Below are positions 1 to 8,432 of a stretch of DNA of 37,240 nucleotides, piece after piece. The position numbers and the translations under genes are program-made. The notes beneath the pieces were generated by a model. The model ran no database searches. It was not told the DNA's origin and saw only the letters and a program-made list of their open reading frames with translations. The first letter of the stretch is position 1; each line of letters begins with the position of its first letter. This DNA is from Vicinamibacteria bacterium (lineage in GTDB: Bacteria > Acidobacteriota > Vicinamibacteria > Fen-336). The stretch covers positions 1-37,240 of the forward strand of contig JBDIBD010000003.1 in assembly GCA_039812725.1 (NCBI GenBank), written 5' to 3'.

Positions 1-1590
1 CGGCTGGGGGCCTTCAAGCTGGGCAACGTGGTCGGCACGCTGCTGGCCGGCGTGCTGGTGGGCCAGCTCGACGTGCGCGTGGACCCGCTGGTCAAGCTGG
101 TCTTCTTCGACCTGTTCCTGTTCGCCACCGGCTACAAGGTCGGCCCCCAGTTCTTCCGCGGGTTGAAGAAGAACGCCCTTTCGCAGGCGCTGCTCACGCT
201 GGTGCTGTGCCTGGCCAGCCTGCTGACCACCCTGCTGGCCGCGAAGGTCATGGGCTACGACTGCGGCACGGCCGCGGGGCTCCTGGCCGGGGCCTTCACC
301 GAGTCCACGGTCATCGGCACCGCCGGCAGCACCATCGCGCGGCTGCCGCTCGACGAGGCCGAGCGCACGCGCCTGCTCAACAACATCCCCGTGGCCTACG
401 CGGTCAGCTACATGGTCGGCACGACCGCCGTGGTCTGGTTCCTCTCCAGCCTGGCCCCGCGGCTGATGGGACTCGACCTGAAGGCCGAGTGCCGGCGCCT
501 GGAGGGCGAGGCGGCCGCCGCCTCGACGAGCGAGGCGGGATCGCGATCCGCCTACCGCGAGTGGGACGTGCGGGCCTACCGCCTGTCGGCCGCCTTCGCC
601 GGGCGCGCCGTCGCCGAGGTCGAGCGCTCGTTCGCGCCGGCGCGGGTCTTCGTGCAGCGGCTGCGGCGCGGGGGCGAGCTGCTCGAGGCCGCGCCCGAGA
701 CGCCGCTGCAGAAAGGCGACGTGGCCGTGATCGCCGCCCGCCGACACGTGCTGCTGGCGGATTCGGCCCCCTTCGGCGAGGAGGTCGAGGACCGCGAGCT
801 GCTCGACTTCCCCATGGCCGCGCTCGACGTGGTGGTGACGCGCCGCGAGGCGGCCGAGCGCCCGCTAGCCGAGCTGGCCGAAGAGCACGGCCGCGGCGTC
901 GTGCTGATGAAGCTGGTGCGCGGCGGCGAGGAGGTGCCCTTCGCGGCCGGGACCGTGGTCAACCGCGGCGACCTGCTGCGGCTGGCCGGGGCCCAGGCCG
1001 ACGTCGAGCGCGCCGGCCGCGCGCTGGGCTACGTCGAGCGCCCGTCGAGCGAGACCGACGTGGTCTTCGTGGGCCTCGGCATCCTGATCGGAGGGCTGAT
1101 CGGGGCCCTGACGCTGCAGGTGGGCGACCTGCCGCTCAGCCTGACCGCCAGCGGCGGCGCCCTGATCATGGGCCTGGTCTTCGGCTGGCTGCGCTCCGTG
1201 CGGCCCACCTTCGGACGCATCCCCGAGCCGGCGCTGTGGATCTTCGACACGATCGGCCTGGCCGTCTTCATCGGCTGCGTGGGGCTGGGGGCCGGGCCCA
1301 GCTTCGTCTCGGGCCTGCGCGCCACCGGCCCCGGCCTGCTGCTGGTGGGCCTGATCGTGGCCGTCACGCCGCACCTGTGCGCCGTGGCCTTCGGACGCTG
1401 GGTGCTGAAGATGAACCCCGTGCTGCTGCTGGGGGCCTGCGCGGGCGCGGGGACCACCACGGCCGCGCTGCGGGCCATCCAGGACGAGGCCGGCAGCAAG
1501 CTGCCGGTGCTGGGCTACACCGTGCCCTACGCCATCGGCAACATCCTGTTGACGGCCTGGGGACCCGTGATCGTGATGCTGATGCGCTGA
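1..1590 (+). CDS. aspT: Aspartate:alanine antiporter (AspT/YidE family), 5'-truncated by the window edge
   Basis: Frame is open from base 1 (RLGAFKLGNVVGTLL...). Two hydrophobic AspT/YidE halves (FLFATGYKVGPQFF, AGAFTESTVIG; LLLGACAGAGTTTAAL, GYTVPYAIGNILLT) flank two TrkA-C-like soluble domains. Confidence 0.85.
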   Translation, partial: RLGAFKLGNVVGTLLAGVLVGQLDVRVDPLVKLVFFDLFLFATGYKVGPQFFRGLKKNALSQALLTLVLCLASLLTTLLAAKVMGYDCGTAAGLLAGAFTESTVIGTAGSTIARLPLDEAERTRLLNNIPVAYAVSYMVGTTAVVWFLSSLAPRLMGLDLKAECRRLEGEAAAASTSEAGSRSAYREWDVRAYRLSAAFAGRAVAEVERSFAPARVFVQRLRRGGELLEAAPETPLQKGDVAVIAARRHVLLADSAPFGEEVEDRELLDFPMAALDVVVTRREAAERPLAELAEEHGRGVVLMKLVRGGEEVPFAAGTVVNRGDLLRLAGAQADVERAGRALGYVERPSSETDVVFVGLGILIGGLIGALTLQVGDLPLSLTASGGALIMGLVFGWLRSVRPTFGRIPEPALWIFDTIGLAVFIGCVGLGAGPSFVSGLRATGPGLLLVGLIVAVTPHLCAVAFGRWVLKMNPVLLLGACAGAGTTTAALRAIQDEAGSKLPVLGYTVPYAIGNILLTAWGPVIVMLMR

Positions 1591-1667
1591 GGCGCGGCGA
1601 GCTGCTCTTCCACAAGGGCCATATCCGGAGCGCGTTCCCTCGCGTCGTCTGCTGAGCGGCGCGCGCA

Positions 1668-1693
1668 GGTAACTTACCCGCCTGTTACTTCCC
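1668..1693 (+). promoter_or_regulatory. Conserved 26-bp upstream motif, copy 1 (GGTAACTTACCCGCCTGTTACTTCCC)
   Basis: Intergenic, 61 nt before ATG 1755. Identical to 3443-3468 and 23/26 identical to 8407-8432. Contains the dyad GTAAC-N10-GTTAC. Confidence 0.75.
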
Positions 1694-1754
1694 CGCCGGC
1701 GCAGCCGGGTGCACCCTCGCCCCGACGAGCCGATCGGCTCGGGGAGGAACCTCG

Positions 1755-2837
1755 ATGAAGGCAGCCACTGCCCGGCGGGCGCTGGTCGTGCTCGCGGCGC
1801 TGGGCTGGCTCGGCAGCGCACGGGCGGCCGTCCCGGACGGCACGCCGCTGCTGATCTACCTCCCGCCCGAGGCGTTGCCGCGCGGCGAGGGAGCGAACGG
1901 CTTCGTGACCGTGGGCGGCCTCTACAGCGGCGGCGGCTTCCACTGGATGCCGACCTCGGGCGTCACGGAGATCGGCGGGACCCAGGCCGTGGCGGTGGGC
2001 GCCAACGGCAGGACCATCGTCGGCAACGCCCTCGACCCGCGCGGCTTCGAGCAGGCCGCGATCTGGCAGGGCGGCAGGAACTGGCGATTGCTGGGCTCGG
2101 TCGGCGCCCAGCGGCCGTGCGACCTGCTGGTCAGCAGCACGTTCGGCGCCAGCGCCGACGCCAGCGTGATCGTGGGCCTGGCCTGGGACGGCTGCGGCTA
2201 CGCCCGCGCCTTCCGCTGGGAAGAGCAGACCGGCATGGTCGACCTGGGCACGCTGTCCGGGGGCTCGACGCGCGCCAACGGCGTCTCCGGCGACGGCCGC
2301 GTCGTGATCGGCTGGGACACGCACCCGACCGGGTTTCGGCAGGGGGCCAAGTGGGTGGACGGCCGGGGCGAGCTGATCCGCGGCCCGGCCGGCTTCGTGG
2401 GCGAGGCCTTCGGCGCCAACCGCGACGGCTCGATCATCGTGGGCACCAACTGCAACCCGAACGACCCCACTCCCACGGGCTGGACCTGGACCGCCTCCGG
2501 CGGCCTGACCTGCTCGACGCTGCGGCTGCCGGCCTGGGCGGTGCCGGTTCCGTTCTACCAGGTGCTGATGGAGGCCGTCAGCGACGACGGCCGCGTGATC
2601 GGCGGCTCGCTCTCCTTCGGCCTCGACGCCGAGTCGGCGGTCTGGTTCGACGGCGAGCCGTTCGTGCTGCGCGACTACCTGCGCAGCCACGGCGTGCCCG
2701 ACGCGTTCGAGGGCTGGGTCAACACGGGCTTCGTCACGGACGTGTCGGCCGACGGGCGCACGCTGGTCGGCCACGGCGCGGGGCCGCGCACCTTCCAGGG
2801 CTTCGTCGTGATCCTGCCCGAGCTGGGGAAGAAGTGA
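1755..2837 (+). CDS. Exported HAF-repeat-like beta-propeller protein
   Basis: SD GGAGG upstream and an N-terminal signal peptide (..SARA-AV). Repeats of the type DLGTLSGGSTRANGVSGDGRVVIG, ASADASVIVG and VSADGRTLVG. Confidence 0.7.
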   Translation: MKAATARRALVVLAALGWLGSARAAVPDGTPLLIYLPPEALPRGEGANGFVTVGGLYSGGGFHWMPTSGVTEIGGTQAVAVGANGRTIVGNALDPRGFEQAAIWQGGRNWRLLGSVGAQRPCDLLVSSTFGASADASVIVGLAWDGCGYARAFRWEEQTGMVDLGTLSGGSTRANGVSGDGRVVIGWDTHPTGFRQGAKWVDGRGELIRGPAGFVGEAFGANRDGSIIVGTNCNPNDPTPTGWTWTASGGLTCSTLRLPAWAVPVPFYQVLMEAVSDDGRVIGGSLSFGLDAESAVWFDGEPFVLRDYLRSHGVPDAFEGWVNTGFVTDVSADGRTLVGHGAGPRTFQGFVVILPELGKK

Positions 2838-3427
2838 TGCGCTCCCTCGCGACGGCCCTGTTCCTCCTCACTGCGGCCCCCGCCTGGGGCCAGGCCTTCG
2901 AGGCCGCCCTCCTGGGCGGCTTCGCCACGCCGGGCGGCCTCGACCCGCAGGCCGCAGGCATCACGAAGCTCCGGCTCGACGGCGGCTTCACCTGGGGCGC
3001 CAGCGCCGGCTGGCACTTCTCGCCCCGCCTGGGGGCCGAGGTCTCGTGGACGCGCCAGGAGAGCGCGCTCTCCATCGGCACCGCGCGCGGCCAGGCCGAG
3101 ATGTTCGAGGTGGACCTGGACCAGCTCCAGGCCAGCCTGGTCTGGCGGTTCGGCCGGGCCCAGGCCCGCCTCCGGCCGTTCGTCAGCGCGGGGCTCGGGG
3201 CGGCCTTCCTCAGCGGCCCCGACCTGGAGGGCGAGACCAAGCTGGCTCTGAACCTGGGCGCGGGCCTCCAGTGGCTCCCGGCGCGGCGGTTCGGGGCCCG
3301 CCTGCAGGCCCGCTACGCCCCCACGTTCCTGAACGACTCGGGCTCGGACTACTGCGACCCGTTCGGCTTCTGCCAGTCGTGGCTGCACCAGCTCGAGCTG
3401 ACCGGCGGGGTGGTCGTGAGGTTCTGA
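2837..3427 (+). CDS. Outer-membrane beta-barrel protein (8-stranded OmpA/OMP_b-brl-like), 196 aa
   Basis: TGATG overlap with the previous gene and signal peptide MRSLATALFLLTAAPAWG. Amphipathic strands (RPFVSAGLG) and a C-terminal Phe (VVRF). Confidence 0.75.
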   Translation: MRSLATALFLLTAAPAWGQAFEAALLGGFATPGGLDPQAAGITKLRLDGGFTWGASAGWHFSPRLGAEVSWTRQESALSIGTARGQAEMFEVDLDQLQASLVWRFGRAQARLRPFVSAGLGAAFLSGPDLEGETKLALNLGAGLQWLPARRFGARLQARYAPTFLNDSGSDYCDPFGFCQSWLHQLELTGGVVVRF

Positions 3428-3442
3428 ACGGCGGCCTGCAAC

Positions 3443-3468
3443 GGTAACTTACCCGCCTGTTACTTCCC
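3443..3468 (+). promoter_or_regulatory. Conserved 26-bp upstream motif, copy 2
   Basis: Identical to 1668-1693. Followed by a -10-like CATCGT at 3488-3493. Confidence 0.75.
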
Positions 3469-3503
3469 TGGCGAGGTCCTCCGGGTCCATCGTACGCCCC
3501 GTA

Positions 3504-3720
3504 CGTCATCCTGAGGAGCACCGCCCGGCCCGGCGACGAAGGACCTGATCGTCCAGCGTCGCCGAAGGCGACTCGAAGACGACAGCCGATCGTCCAGCGT
3601 CGCCGAAGGCGCCTCGAAGACGACAGCCGATCGTCACGCGTCGTCGAGAGCGGCTCGACGACGACGAGCCAGACCGGCAGGTCCTTCGCTTCCGGCCGGA
3701 CGGCGTCGCTCAGGATGACG
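3504..3720. repeat. CGTC-type REP-like palindromic element with an internal 41-bp tandem array
   Basis: Terminal inverted repeats CGTCATCCTGAG (3504-3515) / CTCAGGATGACG (3709-3720). Inner inverted repeats CGAAGGACCTG (3537-3547) / CAGGTCCTTCG (3678-3688). 41-bp units at 3547-3587 and 3588-3628 (1 mismatch), plus a degenerate third unit at 3629-3670. Confidence 0.85.
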
Positions 3721-3779
3721 GGGGGTTGGAGCAACTCCCGGAGCGCCCGTCGGCGCCCGGCCCGCAGACTGGAGCGATC

Positions 3780-5390
3780 ATGGAGCCCAAGCACGCCATC
3801 GCAGCGCCTCCCCTGCCGACGGAGGCGGAGCTGGTCCCGACCGAACTGCCGCCGGGCGTCGACCGCCGCACGTTCATGATGCGCAGCGCCGTCATCGGCT
3901 CGGCCGTGGTCATCACGGGGTCGCCCCTTTCGCCGGCGCAGCAGGCCGCGGCCGCCGCGGCGCCGCCGTCGACGCCGGTCCAGGGGCTGTCGCCCGCGCT
4001 GGACGTGGTCAAGAAGTCCAAGGGCCCGGTCATGACCGTGGTCGACGAGTTCTACAAGGTCGGCCCGGGGCCCTCCAGCTCCCACACCATCGGCCCGATG
4101 CGCATCACCTACGACTTCTACCAGCGCTGCACGAAGCTGCCCCCGGCGACGCTGGCCAAGGCCACGGCCCTCAAGGTCCACCTGTTCGGCAGCCTGAGCG
4201 CCACCGGCAAGGGCCACGGCACCGAGCGCGCCGCCCTGGCCGGCATCGTGGGCAAGGAGCCGGCCACGGTCGAGCCGGCCTTCCTGGACGAGCTGGCCGC
4301 CAAGCCCGACCAGACCTTCACCGTGAAGCTCGGCGACAAGTCCTTCCCGGTCTCGCTGAAGGACGTCGTCTACGACGCGCCGAAGGGCGACTTCCCGCAC
4401 CCGAACACCATGACGTGCAAGCTCATGGGCGGCGAGGCGGTGCTGCTCGAGCAGGAGTACTACTCGGTCGGTGGCGGCTTCATCGAGTGGAAGGGCTACG
4501 AGCCGCCGAAGAAGGGCGCGCCGAAGTACCCCTACGCCACCATGAAGGAGCTGCAGGCCCACGCGGCGGCGAACAAGCTCTCGATCGCCCAGGTGCTGAT
4601 GGCCAACGAGGTCGCGGTCTCGGGTCGGAGCGAGGCCGAGGTCAATGCCTTCCTCGACAAGATCGCCACGGCCATGGTCAACATCGTCAAGTCGGGGCTG
4701 GCGGCGCCGCCCGCCACGCTGCCCGGCCCGATCAAGCTCAGGACCAAGGCCGGCGAGGTCTACAGGCGCGCCATGGACGACACGTTCGTGGGCCAGCGCG
4801 GCGTGGGCGTGGTCTCGGCCTATGCCCTGGCGGGCTCCGAGGAGAACGCCCGCGGCCACCTGGTCGTGACGGCGCCCACGGGCGGGTCGGCCGGGGTCAT
4901 CCCGGCCCTCGTCTACGTGCTCGGCGAGGGCGGCCGCAAGCTGCCCCAGGAGAAGATCCGCGCCGGCCTGCTGGCGGCGGCCGGCATCGGCTACCTGTGC
5001 AAGCACAACGCCACCCTGGCCGGGGCCGAGGGCGGCTGCCAGGCCGAGATCGGCGTGGCCTCGGCGATGGGGGCGGCCCTCATCGCCCAGGCCCACGACT
5101 TCGACCACCAGGTCGTCGCCAACGCCGCCGAGTCGGCCCTCGAGCACCACCTCGGCCTGACCTGCGACCCGGTGGCCGGCTTCGTGCAGGTGCCCTGCAT
5201 CGAGCGCTGCGCCTACGGCGCCGTCAAGGCCTGGACGGGCTTCATGATCGCGAGCAACGAGATCCCGGCCGCCCGGCGCGTGGACTTCGACACCACCGTC
5301 GAGGCCATGGCCCTGACCGCCAAGGAGATGAACTCCAAGTACAAGGAGACCTCCGAGGGCGGGCTGGCCGTCTCGCTGGTGCTCTGCTGA
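3780..5390 (+). CDS. sdaA: Fe-S dependent L-serine ammonia-lyase (single chain) with a twin-arginine N-terminal extension, 536 aa
   Basis: Motifs GPSSSHTIGPM, GSLSATGKGHGT, YSVGGGF, EENA, VTAPTGG and the Cys ligands GGCQAE / LTCDP / VPCIER, plus KYKETSEGGLA. SD GGAG before ATG 3780. Leader contains DRRTFMMRSAVIGSAVVITG. Confidence 0.9.
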   Translation: MEPKHAIAAPPLPTEAELVPTELPPGVDRRTFMMRSAVIGSAVVITGSPLSPAQQAAAAAAPPSTPVQGLSPALDVVKKSKGPVMTVVDEFYKVGPGPSSSHTIGPMRITYDFYQRCTKLPPATLAKATALKVHLFGSLSATGKGHGTERAALAGIVGKEPATVEPAFLDELAAKPDQTFTVKLGDKSFPVSLKDVVYDAPKGDFPHPNTMTCKLMGGEAVLLEQEYYSVGGGFIEWKGYEPPKKGAPKYPYATMKELQAHAAANKLSIAQVLMANEVAVSGRSEAEVNAFLDKIATAMVNIVKSGLAAPPATLPGPIKLRTKAGEVYRRAMDDTFVGQRGVGVVSAYALAGSEENARGHLVVTAPTGGSAGVIPALVYVLGEGGRKLPQEKIRAGLLAAAGIGYLCKHNATLAGAEGGCQAEIGVASAMGAALIAQAHDFDHQVVANAAESALEHHLGLTCDPVAGFVQVPCIERCAYGAVKAWTGFMIASNEIPAARRVDFDTTVEAMALTAKEMNSKYKETSEGGLAVSLVLC

Positions 5391-5423
5391 GCCTGCGCGT
5401 TCCGGCTTCGTGAAGGAGGCCCG

Positions 5424-6665
5424 GTGAGCAACGGCGCCAAGGCGGCGGGCGTGGCGTGGCTGGTCACGGCCGTCTATTACTTCTACCAGTACACGCTGCG
5501 CTCGGCGCCGGCCGTCATGATGCCGCAGCTCACCGAGGCCTTCGGCCTGAGCGCCATGGGCGTGGCGTCGATGGTGGGCCTCTTCTACTGGGGCTACTCG
5601 CCCTTCAGCCTGGTGGCCGGCGTGGCCATGGACCGGCTGGGTCCGCGCCGCGTCGTTCCCCTGGGCGCCGCCGCGGTCGGGCTGGGCGCGCTCCTCTTCG
5701 CCTCGGGCGACCAGCAGCTCGCCAGCCTGGGGCGCCTGCTGCAGGGGGCCGGTGGCGTCTTCGCGCTGGTGGGGGCGGTCTACATCGCCTCCACCGGCTT
5801 CCCCGCCTCGCGCGCGGCCACTCTGATCGGGGCCACGCAGATGTTCGGCATGGCCGGCGGCTCGGCCGGCCAGTTCGTGGTCGGGCCCGTGATGGGCGCC
5901 GGGGTCCCCTGGAGCCGCTTCTGGATCTTCATGGGCTTGGCCGGCCTGGCGATCGGCGGCGCGCTCTACGCGATGCTGCCGGCCCAGGAAGAAAGGCAGC
6001 ACGGTCGCGACTGGCTGGGCGAGGCCCTGCGGGCGCTGGGCACGGTGCTGCGCAACCCCCAGTCGCTGCTGTGCGGGATGATCGCGGGCCTGCTGTTCAT
6101 CCCCACCACCATCTTCGACATGATCTGGGGCGTGCGCTACCTGCAGGAGGCGCGCGGCTACGAGTACGCCTCGGCCGTGATGCGCTCGGCCACGGTGCCG
6201 CTGGGCTGGATGATCGGTTGTCCTCTGCTCGGGCTCGTGTCGGACCGGCTGGGGCGCCGCAAGCCGGTCATCGCGGGGGGCGGCCTGGTGCTGCTGGGCT
6301 GCCTGGCCTTCATCCTGTACGGACCGGCCGAGGTGCTGCCGCCCTACCTGCTGGGAATCGTGGCGGGCGTGGCCTCCGGGGCGGCCATGCTGCCCTACAC
6401 TGTCATCAAGGAGGCCAACCCGCCCGAGCTGGGCGGCACGGCCACCGGAGTGGTCAACTTCCTCAACTTCACCTTCAGCGCCCTGCTGGGTCCGGTCTTC
6501 GGCTGGATCCTCAGGAGCGTGTCCGGCGGGGCCGGCGCGATGTCGCTGGAGCACTACCAGACTGCCTTCGAGCCCCTGCTCTACGGAGTGGGGCTGGCCG
6601 TGCTGCTGACGCTGGTCTTGCGAGAGACCGGCGCGGCCGCGCGGCGCACGGGGGGTGCCCGATGA
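5424..6665 (+). CDS. MFS transporter
   Basis: About 12 hydrophobic segments and MFS motif A twice (GVAMDRLGPRR, GLVSDRLGRRK). SD AAGGAGG before GTG. Confidence 0.9.
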   Translation: MSNGAKAAGVAWLVTAVYYFYQYTLRSAPAVMMPQLTEAFGLSAMGVASMVGLFYWGYSPFSLVAGVAMDRLGPRRVVPLGAAAVGLGALLFASGDQQLASLGRLLQGAGGVFALVGAVYIASTGFPASRAATLIGATQMFGMAGGSAGQFVVGPVMGAGVPWSRFWIFMGLAGLAIGGALYAMLPAQEERQHGRDWLGEALRALGTVLRNPQSLLCGMIAGLLFIPTTIFDMIWGVRYLQEARGYEYASAVMRSATVPLGWMIGCPLLGLVSDRLGRRKPVIAGGGLVLLGCLAFILYGPAEVLPPYLLGIVAGVASGAAMLPYTVIKEANPPELGGTATGVVNFLNFTFSALLGPVFGWILRSVSGGAGAMSLEHYQTAFEPLLYGVGLAVLLTLVLRETGAAARRTGGAR

Positions 6666-7426
6666 ACAGACTCATGGTGTGGCTCGTCGTCGGCCTCGCG
6701 GCCGGGGCCGTCTCCGCCGACGAGGTCTACCTGAAGAGCGGCGGCAAGCTCTCCGGCAAGGTCGTCGGCCGCAGCGCCACCACCATCGAGGTCGAGGTGG
6801 GGGCCGGCAAGATCGGCGTCCCGGTCGCGAGCGTGCTGCGCGTCGAGGAGGGGCGCTCGGCCCTCCAGGAGTACGAGGAGCGCGCCGGCAAGCTGGGCGC
6901 CGGGGACGCGAGCGGCTGGGTGGCCCTGGGCGACTGGGCCACGGCCCAGGGGCTCGGCACGCAGGCCCGCGAGGCCTACCACCGGGCGCTCTCCGCCTCG
7001 CCCGGCGACCCGCGCGCCAACGCGGGCCTGGGCAACGTCCAGGTGGACGGGCGCTGGGTCAGCGAGGAGGAGGGCTACAAGGCCAAGGGCTACGTGCTCT
7101 ACGGCGGCGAGTGGATCACGCCGGCCGAGCAGGCCCGCCTCAAGCAGGAGGACGCGGCCGACCAGCAGCGCCGTCACGAGCGCGCGCAGGCCCAGGCCGC
7201 CGCGCGCGAGGCCGAGGCCCGCGCGGCCGAGGCGGAAGCCAAGGCCCGGGAGGCCGAAGCCCAGGCCGAGGAGGCCAGCGAGGGGCTGCCGCTCTGGTAC
7301 GGCTGGGGGACGGGGCCCACGGACTGGCCCGACGGCAGCGTGCGGCCCGTGCCCCCGCGTCCACCCACGCCGCCGCGGCCACCCCAGCCGCCGCAGCCGC
7401 TCAACCGGCCGGGAGGTGCCCAGTGA
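6662..7426 (+). CDS. Exported hypothetical protein (helical/TPR-like core, Ala/Glu coiled coil, Pro-rich tail), 254 aa
   Basis: ATGA overlap and signal peptide MNRLMVWLVVGLAAGAVSA-DEVYLKSGG. Typical GC3 codon bias. Confidence 0.7.
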   Translation: MNRLMVWLVVGLAAGAVSADEVYLKSGGKLSGKVVGRSATTIEVEVGAGKIGVPVASVLRVEEGRSALQEYEERAGKLGAGDASGWVALGDWATAQGLGTQAREAYHRALSASPGDPRANAGLGNVQVDGRWVSEEEGYKAKGYVLYGGEWITPAEQARLKQEDAADQQRRHERAQAQAAAREAEARAAEAEAKAREAEAQAEEASEGLPLWYGWGTGPTDWPDGSVRPVPPRPPTPPRPPQPPQPLNRPGGAQ

Positions 7427-8163
7427 GCCCCGCCATCGTGCGAACCCTTCTCGGGGCGGCCGCGCTGCTGGCGGCCCTCGCCACGCCGGCCCAGACGGTG
7501 GACGAGATCGTCGCGAAGAACCTCGCCGCTCGCGGCGGGCGCGAGGCGCTGGCGGCGGTCCACACGCTGCGCATGACCGGCCTGGCCACCGCCGGGCCCG
7601 GCCGCACCGCCATCGTGCGGCGCGAGGTGGCCCGCCCCGGCCGCATCCGCACCGAGTTCGTCTTCCAGGGGACCACGGGCGTCTACGCCTGGGACGGGAG
7701 CTCCGGCTGGAAGGTCTCGCCCCTCGACGGCAGCCTGGACGTCGAGCCCCTGTCGCCCGAAGGGGCTGCCCTCTCGGCCGAGCAGGCCGACTTCGAGGGC
7801 CCGCTGGTGGACTGGCAGGCCAAGGGCCACCGCGTCGAGCTGGTCGGAACGAGCCAGCTGCCCGGAGGGCCGGCCCACGAGCTGAAGGTCACGCTGAAGT
7901 CGGGCACCGTGCGGAAGCTCTGGATCGACGCCGCCACGGGGCAGCTGGTGCGCTCGGAGGCGGCCCGGCGCTGGCGCGGTCACGAGGTGGCGGTGGAGAC
8001 CCTCTTCGGGGACTACCAGAAGTCCGCGGGCGTGGCCTTCCCGCGCTCGATCGAGACCGGCCTGCAGGGCCGCGTGCGACGCCTGCGCATCGCCGTCGAC
8101 AGCGTGGAGGTCAACCCCGCCCTCGACGAGTCCCGCTTCCGGAGGCCGGCCGCCACGCCCTAG
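7423..8163 (+). CDS. Exported LolA-like / outer-membrane lipoprotein-sorting fold protein, 246 aa
   Basis: GTGA overlap, SD GGAGG and a signal peptide. Pattern QTVDEIVAKNLAARGG...LWIDAATGQL...DYQ..GVAFP...VEVNPALDESRF is typical of this family. Confidence 0.65.
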   Translation: MSPAIVRTLLGAAALLAALATPAQTVDEIVAKNLAARGGREALAAVHTLRMTGLATAGPGRTAIVRREVARPGRIRTEFVFQGTTGVYAWDGSSGWKVSPLDGSLDVEPLSPEGAALSAEQADFEGPLVDWQAKGHRVELVGTSQLPGGPAHELKVTLKSGTVRKLWIDAATGQLVRSEAARRWRGHEVAVETLFGDYQKSAGVAFPRSIETGLQGRVRRLRIAVDSVEVNPALDESRFRRPAATP

Positions 8164-8190
8164 TCGTCGAGCTGGACGCGCCGTCCCGAG

Positions 8191-8370
8191 GCCGTCTCGC
8201 CGTCCGTCACCCTGGGCGACGCCGTCATGTCGTCCGTCACCCTGAGCGACGCCGTCATGTCGTCCGTCACCCTGAGCGACGCCGTCGGGCCGGGAGCGAA
8301 GGGTCTCTCGAGTCGTACAACCCGAGAGATCCTTCGTCGCCGACTCGGACGGCGGCGACTCAGGATGACG
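8191..8370. repeat. CGTC-type REP-like element with a triplicated left end (30-bp tandem units)
   Basis: 30-bp units at 8191-8220, 8221-8250 and 8251-8280 (the last two identical), each carrying CGTCACCCTG(A/G)GCGAC. The complete element at 8265-8370 ends in CTCAGGATGACG, with inner hairpin CGAAGGGTCTCTCG..CGAGAGATCCTTCG. Confidence 0.85.
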
Positions 8371-8406
8371 TCGTGGTCCCCTGCGCTGCCGGGCCGGCGC
8401 TGAAAC

Positions 8407-8432
8407 GGTAACTTACGCGGCTGTTACTTCCG
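8407..8432 (+). promoter_or_regulatory. Conserved 26-bp upstream motif, copy 3 (GGTAACTTACGCGGCTGTTACTTCCG)
   Basis: 23/26 identical to copies 1 and 2. CATCGT at 8452-8457 lies at exactly the same spacing as in copy 2. 44 nt before ATG 8477. Confidence 0.75.

Noticed and set aside
1668-1693. 26-bp motif as a dif/pdif or integron attC site
   Set aside because: It lacks the XerD arm TTATGTTAAAT and the RYYYAAC/GTTRRRY cores with a long hairpin. There is no recombinase nearby, and the constant spacing to a -10-like hexamer fits a promoter element better.
3547-3670. 41-bp repeats as a mini CRISPR array
   Set aside because: The units are head-to-tail with no unique spacers, lie inside REP inverted repeats, and no cas genes are present.
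8191-8286. 30-bp repeats as a CRISPR array
   Set aside because: Contiguous tandem copies of a REP end, with no spacers.
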